DNA of 64,000 nt from Bacteroidales bacterium (GTDB taxonomy: Bacteria; Bacteroidota; Bacteroidia; Bacteroidales; G963667975): the NCBI GenBank assembly GCA_963677395.2, contig OY781965.2:1022330-1086329 (forward strand). The letters run 5' to 3'. Below, one piece after another: positions 55,829 to 64,000 of the stretch. A model generated the notes under the pieces. It searched no databases and had not been told where the DNA came from. It worked only from the letters and a program-made list of their open reading frames with translations. Each line of letters opens with the position of its first letter. Positions within the stretch are counted from its first letter, which is position 1. A program made the translations under genes and the position numbers.

Positions 55829-56197
55829 TTAAGCTTTATGTTCTTCAAGCTCAATAATTAACTGGCTTTTCGGAACTCTGTCGCCTTCATTTGCATTTAC
55901 GGCTTTCACGATTCCGTTAACAGGTGAAAAGATTTCGTTATTCATTTTCATGGCATTGAATACCATGATTAAATCGCCTTTTTTCACTTCATCACCAGCT
56001 TTAACGTTTATTTTCAGAATTGTACCTGGAATAAAAGCGTAAATTTCACATGGATTTACAGGAGTGTATGCATGACGTTGCTTAAATTTTTTAGGTAACG
56101 TTGTTTTATAACTTCCTGATTCAACTTTCAGTTGAACAAATTCCATGTTTTTGATTTCAGGTTCTATTTTTGTTTTTGTTTTATGCTTATCTGCCAT
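55829..56197 (-). CDS. Biotin carboxyl carrier / biotin-lipoyl domain protein
   Basis: 122 aa. Biotinylation motif NAMKMNNE in a C-terminal lipoyl-like fold. Confidence 0.8.
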   Translation of the reverse strand: MADKHKTKTKIEPEIKNMEFVQLKVESGSYKTTLPKKFKQRHAYTPVNPCEIYAFIPGTILKINVKAGDEVKKGDLIMVFNAMKMNNEIFSPVNGIVKAVNANEGDRVPKSQLIIELEEHKA

Positions 56198-56265
56198 TGT
56201 TTCTCAGATTAAGTGAGGATTGAAATTCACATGATATCGCAGGGGAATATATTACCCCCGGCAGA

Positions 56266-57813
56266 TTAAAATGGAGGAATTCCATGCTTTTTGTATGGTC
56301 TGATCTCAGCTTTATTCTTGGAAATTTCAATTGCATGGATAAGGAAGTTGCGGGTTTCGGTTGGGTCAACCACTGCGTCAACATAACCATAAGCCGCAGC
56401 TACATAGGGATTTGCAAACTTCTCTTTGTATTCTTCAATTTTCTTTTGGCGCATTTCTTCCGGGTTTTCAGCACTCATAATTTCGCTACGGAAAATAATG
56501 TTTGCAGCACCTTCCGGTCCCATAACTGCAATTTCAGCAGTTGGCCAAGCCAAAACGAAATCAGCACGTAAGTGGTTAGAACACATTGCAATGTAGCCTC
56601 CGCCATATGCTTTACGAAGAATAACAGTGATTTTAGGAACTGTAGCTTCTGAATAAGCATATAATACTTTTGCGCCGTGACGGATAACGCCAGCGTGTTC
56701 CTGATCAATACCCGGCAGGTAGCCTGGCAGGTCAACCAAAGTAACTAAAGGAATATTGAATGAATCGCAAAAACGGATAAAACGAGCTGCTTTATCTGAA
56801 GAATCACAATCCAAAACCCCCGCCAGAACTAAAGGCTGATTGGCAACAAAGCCAACAGTATCGCCATTTAATCGAGCAAAACCGATTACAATATTCGGAG
56901 CAAAGAGCTCTTGAATTTCGAGAAATTCCGAATCATCAACCAACGAACGAATGATGTCTTTCACATCATACGGTTGTTTTGGATCGGTTGGGAATATATT
57001 ATCGATTTTGAACTGACGAACTTTCGGAGCTTTTTTTGGAAATGCTTCAGCTTTCTTTTCGTTGTTCCACGGAATGTAGCTAACAAGCTTTTTGATTTGT
57101 TCGAAACATTCAGCTTCACTTTCTGCAAAGAAATGAGCATTCCCTGATATTTCAGCATGAACACGTGCTCCACCTAAGTCTTCCATTGAGATTTCTTCTC
57201 CCAGGACAGTTTTAATAACTTCCGGACCGGTGATAAACATCTTTGAGATTTTATCTACCACGAAAACATAGTCGGTAAGAGCAGGTGAATACACAGCACC
57301 ACCGGCACAAGGACCTAGGATAACCGAAATTTGTGGAATTACTCCTGAAGCTAAGGTATTACGGTAAAAAATTTCGCCATAACCAGCTAATGAATTTACC
57401 CCTTCCTGAATACGTGCTCCACCGGAGTCGTTAATACCAATGATGGGGATTTTTAACTTCATGGCATGGTCCATGATTTTAGTGATTTTCTTTGCGTGCA
57501 TATAACCCAAAGAACCACCGGCAACGGTAAAGTCCTGAGCATAAATACAAACCGGATGTCCGTTTAAGGTACCGGTACCTGTAAGTACACCATCACCAGG
57601 AAGATACTTCTTGTCCATGTCAAAGTCTTTTCCTGAGTGCTCAACAAACAAATCATATTCATGAAATGAGTTAGGGTCGAGCAGCGAAATGATACGCTCG
57701 CGAGCCGTCATTTTACCGGTTGCTTTCTGCTTTTCAATGGCTTTTGCGCCACCGCCCTGCAGAGCATCCTGCATCCTCTTTCTTAATTCGAGGGATTTTT
57801 GCTTAATTGACAT
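56266..57813 (-). CDS. Acyl-CoA carboxyltransferase beta subunit (propionyl-CoA carboxylase / methylmalonyl-CoA decarboxylase type)
   Basis: 515 aa, two crotonase-like carboxyltransferase halves. GGARIQEG, and a typical PCCB/MmdA pattern. Confidence 0.85.
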   Translation of the reverse strand: MSIKQKSLELRKRMQDALQGGGAKAIEKQKATGKMTARERIISLLDPNSFHEYDLFVEHSGKDFDMDKKYLPGDGVLTGTGTLNGHPVCIYAQDFTVAGGSLGYMHAKKITKIMDHAMKLKIPIIGINDSGGARIQEGVNSLAGYGEIFYRNTLASGVIPQISVILGPCAGGAVYSPALTDYVFVVDKISKMFITGPEVIKTVLGEEISMEDLGGARVHAEISGNAHFFAESEAECFEQIKKLVSYIPWNNEKKAEAFPKKAPKVRQFKIDNIFPTDPKQPYDVKDIIRSLVDDSEFLEIQELFAPNIVIGFARLNGDTVGFVANQPLVLAGVLDCDSSDKAARFIRFCDSFNIPLVTLVDLPGYLPGIDQEHAGVIRHGAKVLYAYSEATVPKITVILRKAYGGGYIAMCSNHLRADFVLAWPTAEIAVMGPEGAANIIFRSEIMSAENPEEMRQKKIEEYKEKFANPYVAAAYGYVDAVVDPTETRNFLIHAIEISKNKAEIRPYKKHGIPPF

Positions 57814-57853
57814 ATGATGCTATTTAATAACACAACTTTTTCCCAAAGTGCGG

Positions 57854-57861
57854 CAAAAGTA
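57854..57861 (-). promoter_or_regulatory. -7 promoter box (TACTTTTG)
   Basis: TAnnTTTG on the minus strand, 41 nt upstream of the ATG at 57813. Confidence 0.4.
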
Positions 57862-57952
57862 ACCCAAAATCCCCCCCTTAGTTCTTAATAAATGTTAAAT
57901 GTTCTGAATGTTAAGGCGTAAGATGTTGTAAATGAGGTTCTGGCAATTCTGC

Positions 57953-58519
57953 TTACTCTTCTTTACCCTTAAATTCTGCTTCCAATTGCTGATACCATTT
58001 TTTGCCATATTTACGGATCAAAGGTTCTCTCAGAAACTTGTAAACAGGGATATTGTTCCGTTTTCCATTTACCAAAGCCTTGTCACAAATTGACCATCTG
58101 TGGTAATTTACAGCTTCAAATCCGTCATATTTCTGAATTCTGATTGGGTAAAGATGACATGAAATTGGTTTTTGGAATTTTATTTTTTTATCGAGCCAGG
58201 CTTTTTCAATTGCACAAAAAGCAATATCGCCATCAAAGCAAATAAAAGCACATTCGCGATTATTGATTAAAGGTGTGGCATAATTGCCATCCATGTCATA
58301 ATCAAAAACACCCATGCTTTCCACTACTTCAACTCCTTCCGGAATCATATATGGCTTGATTTTTTCGAGACAGTCTTCCAAAACTGAGATTTCGTCTTCT
58401 TCGAGGGGTGCTCCGGCATCGCCCTCAACACAACAAGCTCCTTTACATTTTTTTAAATCGCAGGCAAAACAAACCTGCAAGAGCTCGTCTGATATAATGC
58501 AATTGTCTATTGGAATCAT
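57953..58519 (-). CDS. DUF3109-like cysteine-rich protein
   Basis: 188 aa. N-terminal CFACDLKKCKGACCVEGDAGAPLEEDE matches my memory of DUF3109. Function unknown. Confidence 0.6.
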   Translation of the reverse strand: MIPIDNCIISDELLQVCFACDLKKCKGACCVEGDAGAPLEEDEISVLEDCLEKIKPYMIPEGVEVVESMGVFDYDMDGNYATPLINNRECAFICFDGDIAFCAIEKAWLDKKIKFQKPISCHLYPIRIQKYDGFEAVNYHRWSICDKALVNGKRNNIPVYKFLREPLIRKYGKKWYQQLEAEFKGKEE

Positions 58520-58523
58520 GCGG

Positions 58524-58531
58524 CAAAATTA
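58524..58531 (-). promoter_or_regulatory. -7 promoter box (TAATTTTG) abutting the DUF3109 start codon
   Basis: TAnnTTTG on the minus strand, ending 5 nt before the ATG at 58519. Confidence 0.3.
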
Positions 58532-58591
58532 TAAAACATATTCCTCTGTTTTACGTTCCTATCTTCTGTCTTGAAATTCATCAAAAAAAAG

Positions 58592-58599
58592 TACTTTTG
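58592..58599 (+). promoter_or_regulatory. -7 promoter box (TACTTTTG) for secA
   Basis: TAnnTTTG, 48 nt upstream of the ATG at 58647. Confidence 0.45.
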
Positions 58600-58646
58600 T
58601 AGAGATAATCAAAAATAGAATATTACCTAATTATATAAACACTAAC

Positions 58647-61600
58647 ATGTTAAGCCTGTTTAATAAATTTTTTGGTTCGAAATCGCAACGCGATATCAAA
58701 GACATTACACCTATTGTAAACCAAATTATAGCCGTTTACGAAGAAATTAAATTGCTCAGTAACGATGAGTTACGTGCAAAAACTGCTGAATTTAAAAATT
58801 ATATTCGCGAATTTGCGGAAGCTGAAACAAACGAAATTGCTGAATTGCGCAATCGTTTAGAAAACGATCTAGATATTGATGTAGAAGAGAAAGAATCGCT
58901 TTATATAGAGTTAGATAAACTCGAAAAAGTAGAATATGAAAAAATTCAGGAAGCTCTCAATAACATACTGCCTGAAGCTTTTGCGGTGATGAAAGAAACT
59001 GCCCGTCGTTTTACTCAAAACGAAAAGGTGGAAGTTTCTGTAATGGATTGGGATCGTGATTTGGCAGCCCGTCGTGACAGTATCAATATCGTTGGGGATA
59101 AAGCCTATTATGACAATAAATGGATGGCCGGAGGTAACATGATTACCTGGGATATGATTCATTATGATGTTCAGCTAATTGGTGGGATTGTTCTTCATCA
59201 GGGGAAAATTTCCGAAATGGCTACCGGGGAAGGTAAAACCTTGGTTGCAACACTTCCGGTATATCTTAATGCTTTGGCAGGTCGTGGGGTTCACCTTGTT
59301 ACTGTGAACGACTATCTGGCAAAACGTGACTCGGAGTGGATGGGGATGCTTTTCGAATTCCACGGATTGAAAGTTGACTGTATAGATCGTCATGAACCAA
59401 ACTCAGATTCCCGCCGAAATGCTTACCTCGCCGATATCACTTACGGTACAAATAACGAATTTGGGTTCGACTACCTGCGTGATAATATGACCCGAAATCC
59501 GGAAGAACTTGTTCAGCGCAAACATAATTATGCTATCGTGGATGAGGTTGACTCTGTTTTGATTGACGATGCCCGTACACCCTTGATTATCTCGGGGCCA
59601 ACACCCAAAGGCGAAAATCAGGAATTTGATCGCCTTCGCCCGAATATCGAACGTATTTACAACGTTCAACGTACACTGGTTACTCAGGTTCTAGCCGAAG
59701 CAAAGAAACTTCTTGCAGGTGACCCAACCAGCGAAAATGAAAAGAAAGGTGGCGAACTTTTACTTCGTTGCCATCGTGGGTTACCCAAAAACAAAGCTCT
59801 TATTAAGTTTTTGAGTGAGCAGGGAATGAGGCAATTGCTTCTGAAAACCGAAAACTTTTATATGCAGGAGCAATCTAAAAATATGCATCTCATCGATGAT
59901 GAGCTTTATTTTGTGATTGACGAAAAAAATAATACCATCGAACTTTCCGAAAAAGGGATCGATTATCTCTCTTCGTATGCCGAAGATGCAAAATTCTATA
60001 TCCTTCCTGACGTAGGAGCCGAAATTGCCGAACTCGAAAAACTCGGACTCTCTTCAACGGAAAAGATGGAACGCAAAAACGAAATTTATCGCACGTTTGC
60101 AATTCAATCAGAACGCGTTCATACTATCAATCAGCTTTTGAAAGCATATACTCTTTTTGAGAAGGATGTGGAATATGTGGTGATGGACAACAAGATTAAA
60201 ATTGTTGATGAACAAACCGGGCGTATTCTTGATGGTCGTCGCTATTCAGATGGATTACATCAGGCTATTGAAGCCAAAGAAAACGTGAAGATTGAAGCTG
60301 CCACTCAAACGTACGCAACCATTACCCTTCAGAATTACTTCCGTATGTACAGCAAGCTTGCAGGTATGACCGGTACTGCCGAAACGGAAGCAGGTGAACT
60401 TTGGGATATCTATAAACTGGATGTTGTAGTTATACCAACCAATCGCCCGGTTGTTCGTAAGGATATGGAAGATATGGTTTACAAAACCAAACGTGAAAAG
60501 TTTAATGCTGTTATTGATGAGGTTAATAATCTGGTAAATGCAGGCCGTCCGGTGCTGGTAGGGACTACTTCGGTTGAAACATCAGAGTTGCTAAGCCGTA
60601 TGTTGAAACAACGTGGTATTCCTCACAATGTATTGAATGCAAAATTGCATAAAAAAGAAGCTGATATTGTATTGGAAGCAGGTCAGGCCGGAAAAGTAAC
60701 CATTGCAACCAATATGGCAGGCCGTGGTACCGATATTAAACTGGGTACCGGAGTAAAAGAAGCAGGTGGTTTGGCTATTATTGGTACCGAACGTCATGAA
60801 TCACGTCGTGTTGACCGTCAGCTACGTGGTCGTTCAGGACGCCAGGGTGACCCGGGTTCTTCACAGTTCTTTGTATGTCTGGAAGATGATTTGATGCGTT
60901 TATTTGGTTCGGAACGTATTGCCCGCATCATGGACCGTCTTGGAATCAAAGAAGGCGAAGTAATTCAGCACTCTATGATTACCAAATCCATCGAACGTGC
61001 TCAACGCAAGGTTGAAGAAAATAACTTTGGCGTTCGTAAACGTTTGCTCGAATATGACGACGTAATGAATTCACAACGTGAAGTAATCTATCGCAAACGT
61101 CGCAATGCTTTGTTTGGTGACCGTCTGTCAATTGATATTTCCAATATGCTTTATGATACTTGCGAAGATATTGTAACAGAAAGTCTAAACAGTCGCGAAT
61201 TCGAAAGCCTGAATTATGAAATTATCAAGACTTTTGGGATTGAATCACCCATTTCTGAACATGAATTTCTGGATGGAAAACACGATAGTATAGTCGAAAA
61301 GCTTTATGAAACAGTGTATCTTTCCTATAAAGAAAAGACTCAAAAGCTTGCAGAGCAGGCATATCCTGTGATTAAAGAAGTATATGAAACCAGTGGGCAT
61401 CGTTACGAAAACATTGCCATTCCGATTACGGATGGGATTAAGAGCCTTAACGTTGTAGCACCGCTCAAAAAGTGCTACGAAACCAAAGGACGTGAAGTTC
61501 CGATAGCTTTCGAAAAAGGGATTACACTGGCTATTATTGATGATGCCTGGAAAGAACACTTACGTGAAATGGACGAGCTGAAAAATTCCGTTCAGAATGC

Positions 61601-61946
61601 TGCTTACGAACAGAAAGATCCGTTGCTGATCTATAAATTCGAATCGTTCGATTTGTTTAAAAAGCTGGTTCAGAAGGTGAATAAAGATATCAGTTCTTTC
61701 CTAAACCTTGGAAAACTCCCGATGCAGGAACCACAGGATGTTCATGAAGCGAAAGTACAGCATACCGACATGAGTAAACTCAAAACTGGTCGCGATGATG
61801 CTCCGGCTGCTGTTGCAAATCGTACATCCGAACCTCAGAAAACACAACCCATTAAGGTTGAAAAACAAATCGGACGCAATGAACCCTGTCCTTGCGGAAG
61901 TGGTAAAAAATACAAACAATGTCACGGTAAAGAGCTAAATCTCTAG
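58647..61946 (+). CDS. secA: Preprotein translocase ATPase SecA
   Basis: 1099 aa. [44 protein letters not shown]-terminal zinc motif [14 protein letters not shown]. Confidence 0.95.
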   Translation: MLSLFNKFFGSKSQRDIKDITPIVNQIIAVYEEIKLLSNDELRAKTAEFKNYIREFAEAETNEIAELRNRLENDLDIDVEEKESLYIELDKLEKVEYEKIQEALNNILPEAFAVMKETARRFTQNEKVEVSVMDWDRDLAARRDSINIVGDKAYYDNKWMAGGNMITWDMIHYDVQLIGGIVLHQGKISEMATGEGKTLVATLPVYLNALAGRGVHLVTVNDYLAKRDSEWMGMLFEFHGLKVDCIDRHEPNSDSRRNAYLADITYGTNNEFGFDYLRDNMTRNPEELVQRKHNYAIVDEVDSVLIDDARTPLIISGPTPKGENQEFDRLRPNIERIYNVQRTLVTQVLAEAKKLLAGDPTSENEKKGGELLLRCHRGLPKNKALIKFLSEQGMRQLLLKTENFYMQEQSKNMHLIDDELYFVIDEKNNTIELSEKGIDYLSSYAEDAKFYILPDVGAEIAELEKLGLSSTEKMERKNEIYRTFAIQSERVHTINQLLKAYTLFEKDVEYVVMDNKIKIVDEQTGRILDGRRYSDGLHQAIEAKENVKIEAATQTYATITLQNYFRMYSKLAGMTGTAETEAGELWDIYKLDVVVIPTNRPVVRKDMEDMVYKTKREKFNAVIDEVNNLVNAGRPVLVGTTSVETSELLSRMLKQRGIPHNVLNAKLHKKEADIVLEAGQAGKVTIATNMAGRGTDIKLGTGVKEAGGLAIIGTERHESRRVDRQLRGRSGRQGDPGSSQFFVCLEDDLMRLFGSERIARIMDRLGIKEGEVIQHSMITKSIERAQRKVEENNFGVRKRLLEYDDVMNSQREVIYRKRRNALFGDRLSIDISNMLYDTCEDIVTESLNSREFESLNYEIIKTFGIESPISEHEFLDGKHDSIVEKLYETVYLSYKEKTQKLAEQAYPVIKEVYETSGHRYENIAIPITDGIKSLNVVAPLKKCYETKGREVPIAFEKGITLAIIDDAWKEHLREMDELKNSVQNAAYEQKDPLLIYKFESFDLFKKLVQKVNKDISSFLNLGKLPMQEPQDVHEAKVQHTDMSKLKTGRDDAPAAVANRTSEPQKTQPIKVEKQIGRNEPCPCGSGKKYKQCHGKELNL

Positions 61947-61973
61947 GCGAAAAACCTGATAAATATATCCGAA

Positions 61974-62028
61974 GAGGCTGTCTGAAAAAACTATCCCGAG
62001 AATCGGGATGGTTTTTTCAGACAGCCTC
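61974..62028. repeat. Nested-palindrome repeat, copy D (minimal form; likely secA terminator)
   Basis: gaggctgtctgaaaaaac / ggttttttcagacagcctc outer arms enclose atcccga gaa tcgggat. Starts 27 nt after the secA stop. Confidence 0.75.
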
Positions 62029-62273
62029 ATTTGCGTTGAGAGGTGACCATACACGTGCTGAAAAACATGTAAGGTTTTTTACCTAATAAAATAAAACTAA
62101 CCTACTCTCAGTTAGTATAGAGACCAGCCTTCTAAACCCTGTGAACTTAAAATAAGCCCGACAGCTTTAAATAAACTAGTGGACTTGTTGCCAGGGCAAA
62201 CGCATCTAAATAATTTATTTAGATAAATAATTGGTAATCAGTATTTTGATTTGTTTTTGTGGATAAAAATATT

Positions 62274-62281
62274 TATATTTG
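62274..62281 (+). promoter_or_regulatory. -7 promoter box (TATATTTG) inside the IS, upstream of the transposase
   Basis: TAnnTTTG, 27 nt upstream of the ATG at 62308. Confidence 0.4.
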
Positions 62282-62307
62282 CCTGGCAATCAGATAGGTA
62301 TAAATAA

Positions 62308-63402
62308 ATGAAAGAAAAGAAATTATTAGCGTATTTTGCGGATATGAAAGATCCCAGAGTAGAAAGAACAAAGCGACATCTTATGGATGATATCCTTTTT
62401 ATCTCAATTGCAGCAGTACTAAGTGGTGTTGAATCATGGGATGAGATGGAAGAATATGGAAAAAAGAAGCGAGCATGGCTGGAAACAATCCTGGAGTTGC
62501 CTAATGGTATCCCATCGCACGACACTTTTAATCGCTTTTTCGCAGCATTGGATGCTAATGAATTTGAAAATCGTTTTCTTAAATGGGTCAAATCTCTTTA
62601 CCAAAGTACAGAAGAAGAGATAATTAGTATTGATGGGAAAACAATACGAGGTTCTAGGGGACAAGGTTGCAAAACAGTCACCCACATTGTTAGTGCCTGG
62701 GCAGAAAAGAATGAACTCATACTCGGGCAAGTCAAGGTTGAGGATAAATCAAACGAGATTACAGCAATACCGAGGTTACTGGAAGTATTATTATTAAAGG
62801 GAAGTATTGTTACCATTGATGCTATGGGATGTCAAAAAAACATTGCCAAACAGATTGTCAAAAAGCAAGCCGATTATGTTCTTTCAGTTAAAGACAACCA
62901 GCAAGAGTTATTGGAAGATATTAAAGACAGTTTTAGCATTCTTCAGGCTAATGATTATTATGAGTATGTGGATTACGATCATGGAAGAATAGAGACCAGA
63001 AAGTGTTCCATAATTACCGACTTGAGTCTGGTTTTTTGTAGTAATAAATGGATGGGTCTCAGATCGATTGTTAAGATAGAACGAGAAAGATGCTTTAAAG
63101 CTACAGGCAAGATTGAAAATGAAATCCAGTATTATATCAGCACTTTATACGAAGCAAAAATTATTGAAAATGGTATTAGAAAACATTGGGGTATTGAAAA
63201 CAAAGTGCATTGGGTACTGGACGTTGCTTTTAATGAAGACATGAGTCGTAAAAGAGAGGGTAATGCCGCTCAGAATTTCTCAAGTTTGACCAGAATAGCC
63301 CTTAATCTGCTCAGAAAGAGCAATCTGAAAATTGGAATAAAAAGCAGGCGCAAGATGTGCGGGTGGGATAATGACTTCCTTTTGGATGTTCTAAAAAATT
63401 AG
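62308..63402 (+). CDS. ISAs1-family (H-repeat-associated) DDE transposase
   Basis: 364 aa. The N-terminus DPRVERTKRHLMDDILFISIAAVLSGVESWDEMEEYG and later HWGIENKVHWVLDVAFNEDMSR are hallmark ISAs1 patterns. The stop codon lies inside the right IR. Confidence 0.88.
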   Translation: MKEKKLLAYFADMKDPRVERTKRHLMDDILFISIAAVLSGVESWDEMEEYGKKKRAWLETILELPNGIPSHDTFNRFFAALDANEFENRFLKWVKSLYQSTEEEIISIDGKTIRGSRGQGCKTVTHIVSAWAEKNELILGQVKVEDKSNEITAIPRLLEVLLLKGSIVTIDAMGCQKNIAKQIVKKQADYVLSVKDNQQELLEDIKDSFSILQANDYYEYVDYDHGRIETRKCSIITDLSLVFCSNKWMGLRSIVKIERERCFKATGKIENEIQYYISTLYEAKIIENGIRKHWGIENKVHWVLDVAFNEDMSRKREGNAAQNFSSLTRIALNLLRKSNLKIGIKSRRKMCGWDNDFLLDVLKN

Positions 63403-63478
63403 ATGCGTTTGCCCTGGACTTGTTGATTTTTATAAGTGAAAATTTTACTAATTTTACAGCATCAATAAAAATCAAACT

Positions 63479-64000
63479 ATGAAAAAGAAAATTACATTTT
63501 TATTGCTTATAATATTTGCCGCAGCAAGTGTTTATTCTCAAAATTACACTATCAGTTTTGATGCAAGCGGAACAACTAATACCTTGGACAGTGTAAGAAT
63601 TATAAACCTTACACATCCCGATACTGCAATGTGGCATTCGGGTGATGTTTTTCAACTGCAACTTAATAATGCAATTAATGATTTAGAAGCTAATAAAGAA
63701 AATCTGCTAATTTTCCCTAATCCTATGCAAGGTAAGGCTGAAATAATGTTTAATGTAAAACAAGCTGGTATTGCAAGCATTAATATTTACGAAATTACAG
63801 GTAAAGAAATTATTCATTTAGATGAAAATCTTTCACAAGGCAATCATCAGTTTCAATTAACAGGCTTAAAACAAGGTGCTTATTTTATTAATATAAGAGG
63901 CAATGGATATTTTTACAGCTCTAAGCTAATCAGTTACAATTCCTTTTCAAACGATATTAATCTGAGATATAATGGAGTTATTCAGGAAGCTATGATAAAT
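63479..64000 (+). CDS. Secreted protein with a T9SS-CTD-like beta-sandwich segment, 3' end outside the window
   Basis: Hand translation from the ATG at 63479 is open to the window end (174 codons). Signal peptide MKKKITFLLLIIFAAASVYSQ. LLIFPNPMQGKAEIMF...INIYEITGKEI...GAYFINIRGNGYFYSSKLI resembles a type A sorting domain, but the ORF continues past it. Confidence 0.55.
   Translation, partial: MKKKITFLLLIIFAAASVYSQNYTISFDASGTTNTLDSVRIINLTHPDTAMWHSGDVFQLQLNNAINDLEANKENLLIFPNPMQGKAEIMFNVKQAGIASINIYEITGKEIIHLDENLSQGNHQFQLTGLKQGAYFINIRGNGYFYSSKLISYNSFSNDINLRYNGVIQEAMIN

Larger units (their letters stand above)
62191..63417 (+). mobile_element. Intact ISAs1-family insertion sequence (1227 bp)
   Basis: Perfect terminal inverted repeats ccagggcaaacgcatcta(a) at 62191-62209 and 63399-63417. 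Flanked by the direct repeat acttgttg at 62183-62190 and 63418-63425. Single transposase ORF. Confidence 0.88.

Noticed and set aside
62100-62150. ctctcagttagtatagag resembles a tRNA D-arm. It could be a tRNA or a tRNA-fragment attachment site next to the IS.
   Set aside because: I could not build an acceptor stem, anticodon stem or T-arm (no GTTC-like box) from the flanking sequence. Probably coincidence. tRNAscan-SE or Infernal would settle it.
62238-62816. Three minus-strand ORFs (117, 98 and 72 aa) inside the IS element.
   Set aside because: They are antisense to the intact ISAs1 transposase, and this family encodes a single ORF.
1-64000. I scanned for CRISPR arrays, rRNA, tRNA, known riboswitch-like leaders, invertible-promoter inverted repeats, and defence-type genes (restriction, Cas, reverse transcriptase, toxin-antitoxin).
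   Set aside because: By eye I saw no regularly spaced direct repeats, no rRNA- or tRNA-like sequence, and no invertase, recombinase or reverse transcriptase gene. The absence is not proven without Infernal/Rfam, tRNAscan-SE and DefenseFinder/PADLOC runs.

Overview
Low-GC chromosomal segment that looks like Bacteroidota. Support: T9SS type A and type B C-terminal sorting domains, TAnnTTTG -7 promoter boxes correctly oriented upstream of more than 20 genes, a DUF4492-cydAB operon, and a divergent LptD-like/amidase pair. I support about 50 protein-coding genes, mostly housekeeping: an MsbA-like ABC exporter, corA, fbaA, pta, ridA, pabA/pabB/pabC-like, cydAB, htpG, rlmH, nadC, sodB, glnA, engB, an acyl-CoA carboxyltransferase with a biotin carrier, and secA. 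I found no rRNA, tRNA or CRISPR array by eye. Accessory or unusual content: (1) an AT-rich 11-kb glycan-type locus at 39.4-50.6 kb with a MurJ/Wzx-like flippase, 2 glycosyltransferases, 2 methyltransferases, DUF362, an ATP-grasp enzyme, an epimerase and an AsnB amidotransferase, but no polymerase, initiating transferase or export genes. This is my best candidate for an undescribed system. (2) A family of nested-palindrome intergenic repeats sitting just 3' of stop codons, with four copies. (3) A LamG/T9SS type B gene whose signal peptide is separated from its body by a 1-nt frameshift in an A5/T5 run. (4) An unannotated 34-codon membrane ORF directly after cydB. (5) Tandem LruC-domain lipoprotein paralogs. 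(6) Tandem T9SS paralogs with divergent N-domains and conserved C-terminal two-thirds. (7) An intact ISAs1-family IS with perfect inverted repeats and an 8-bp target duplication. All functional calls come from reading motifs and from remembered family signatures. No database search was run.
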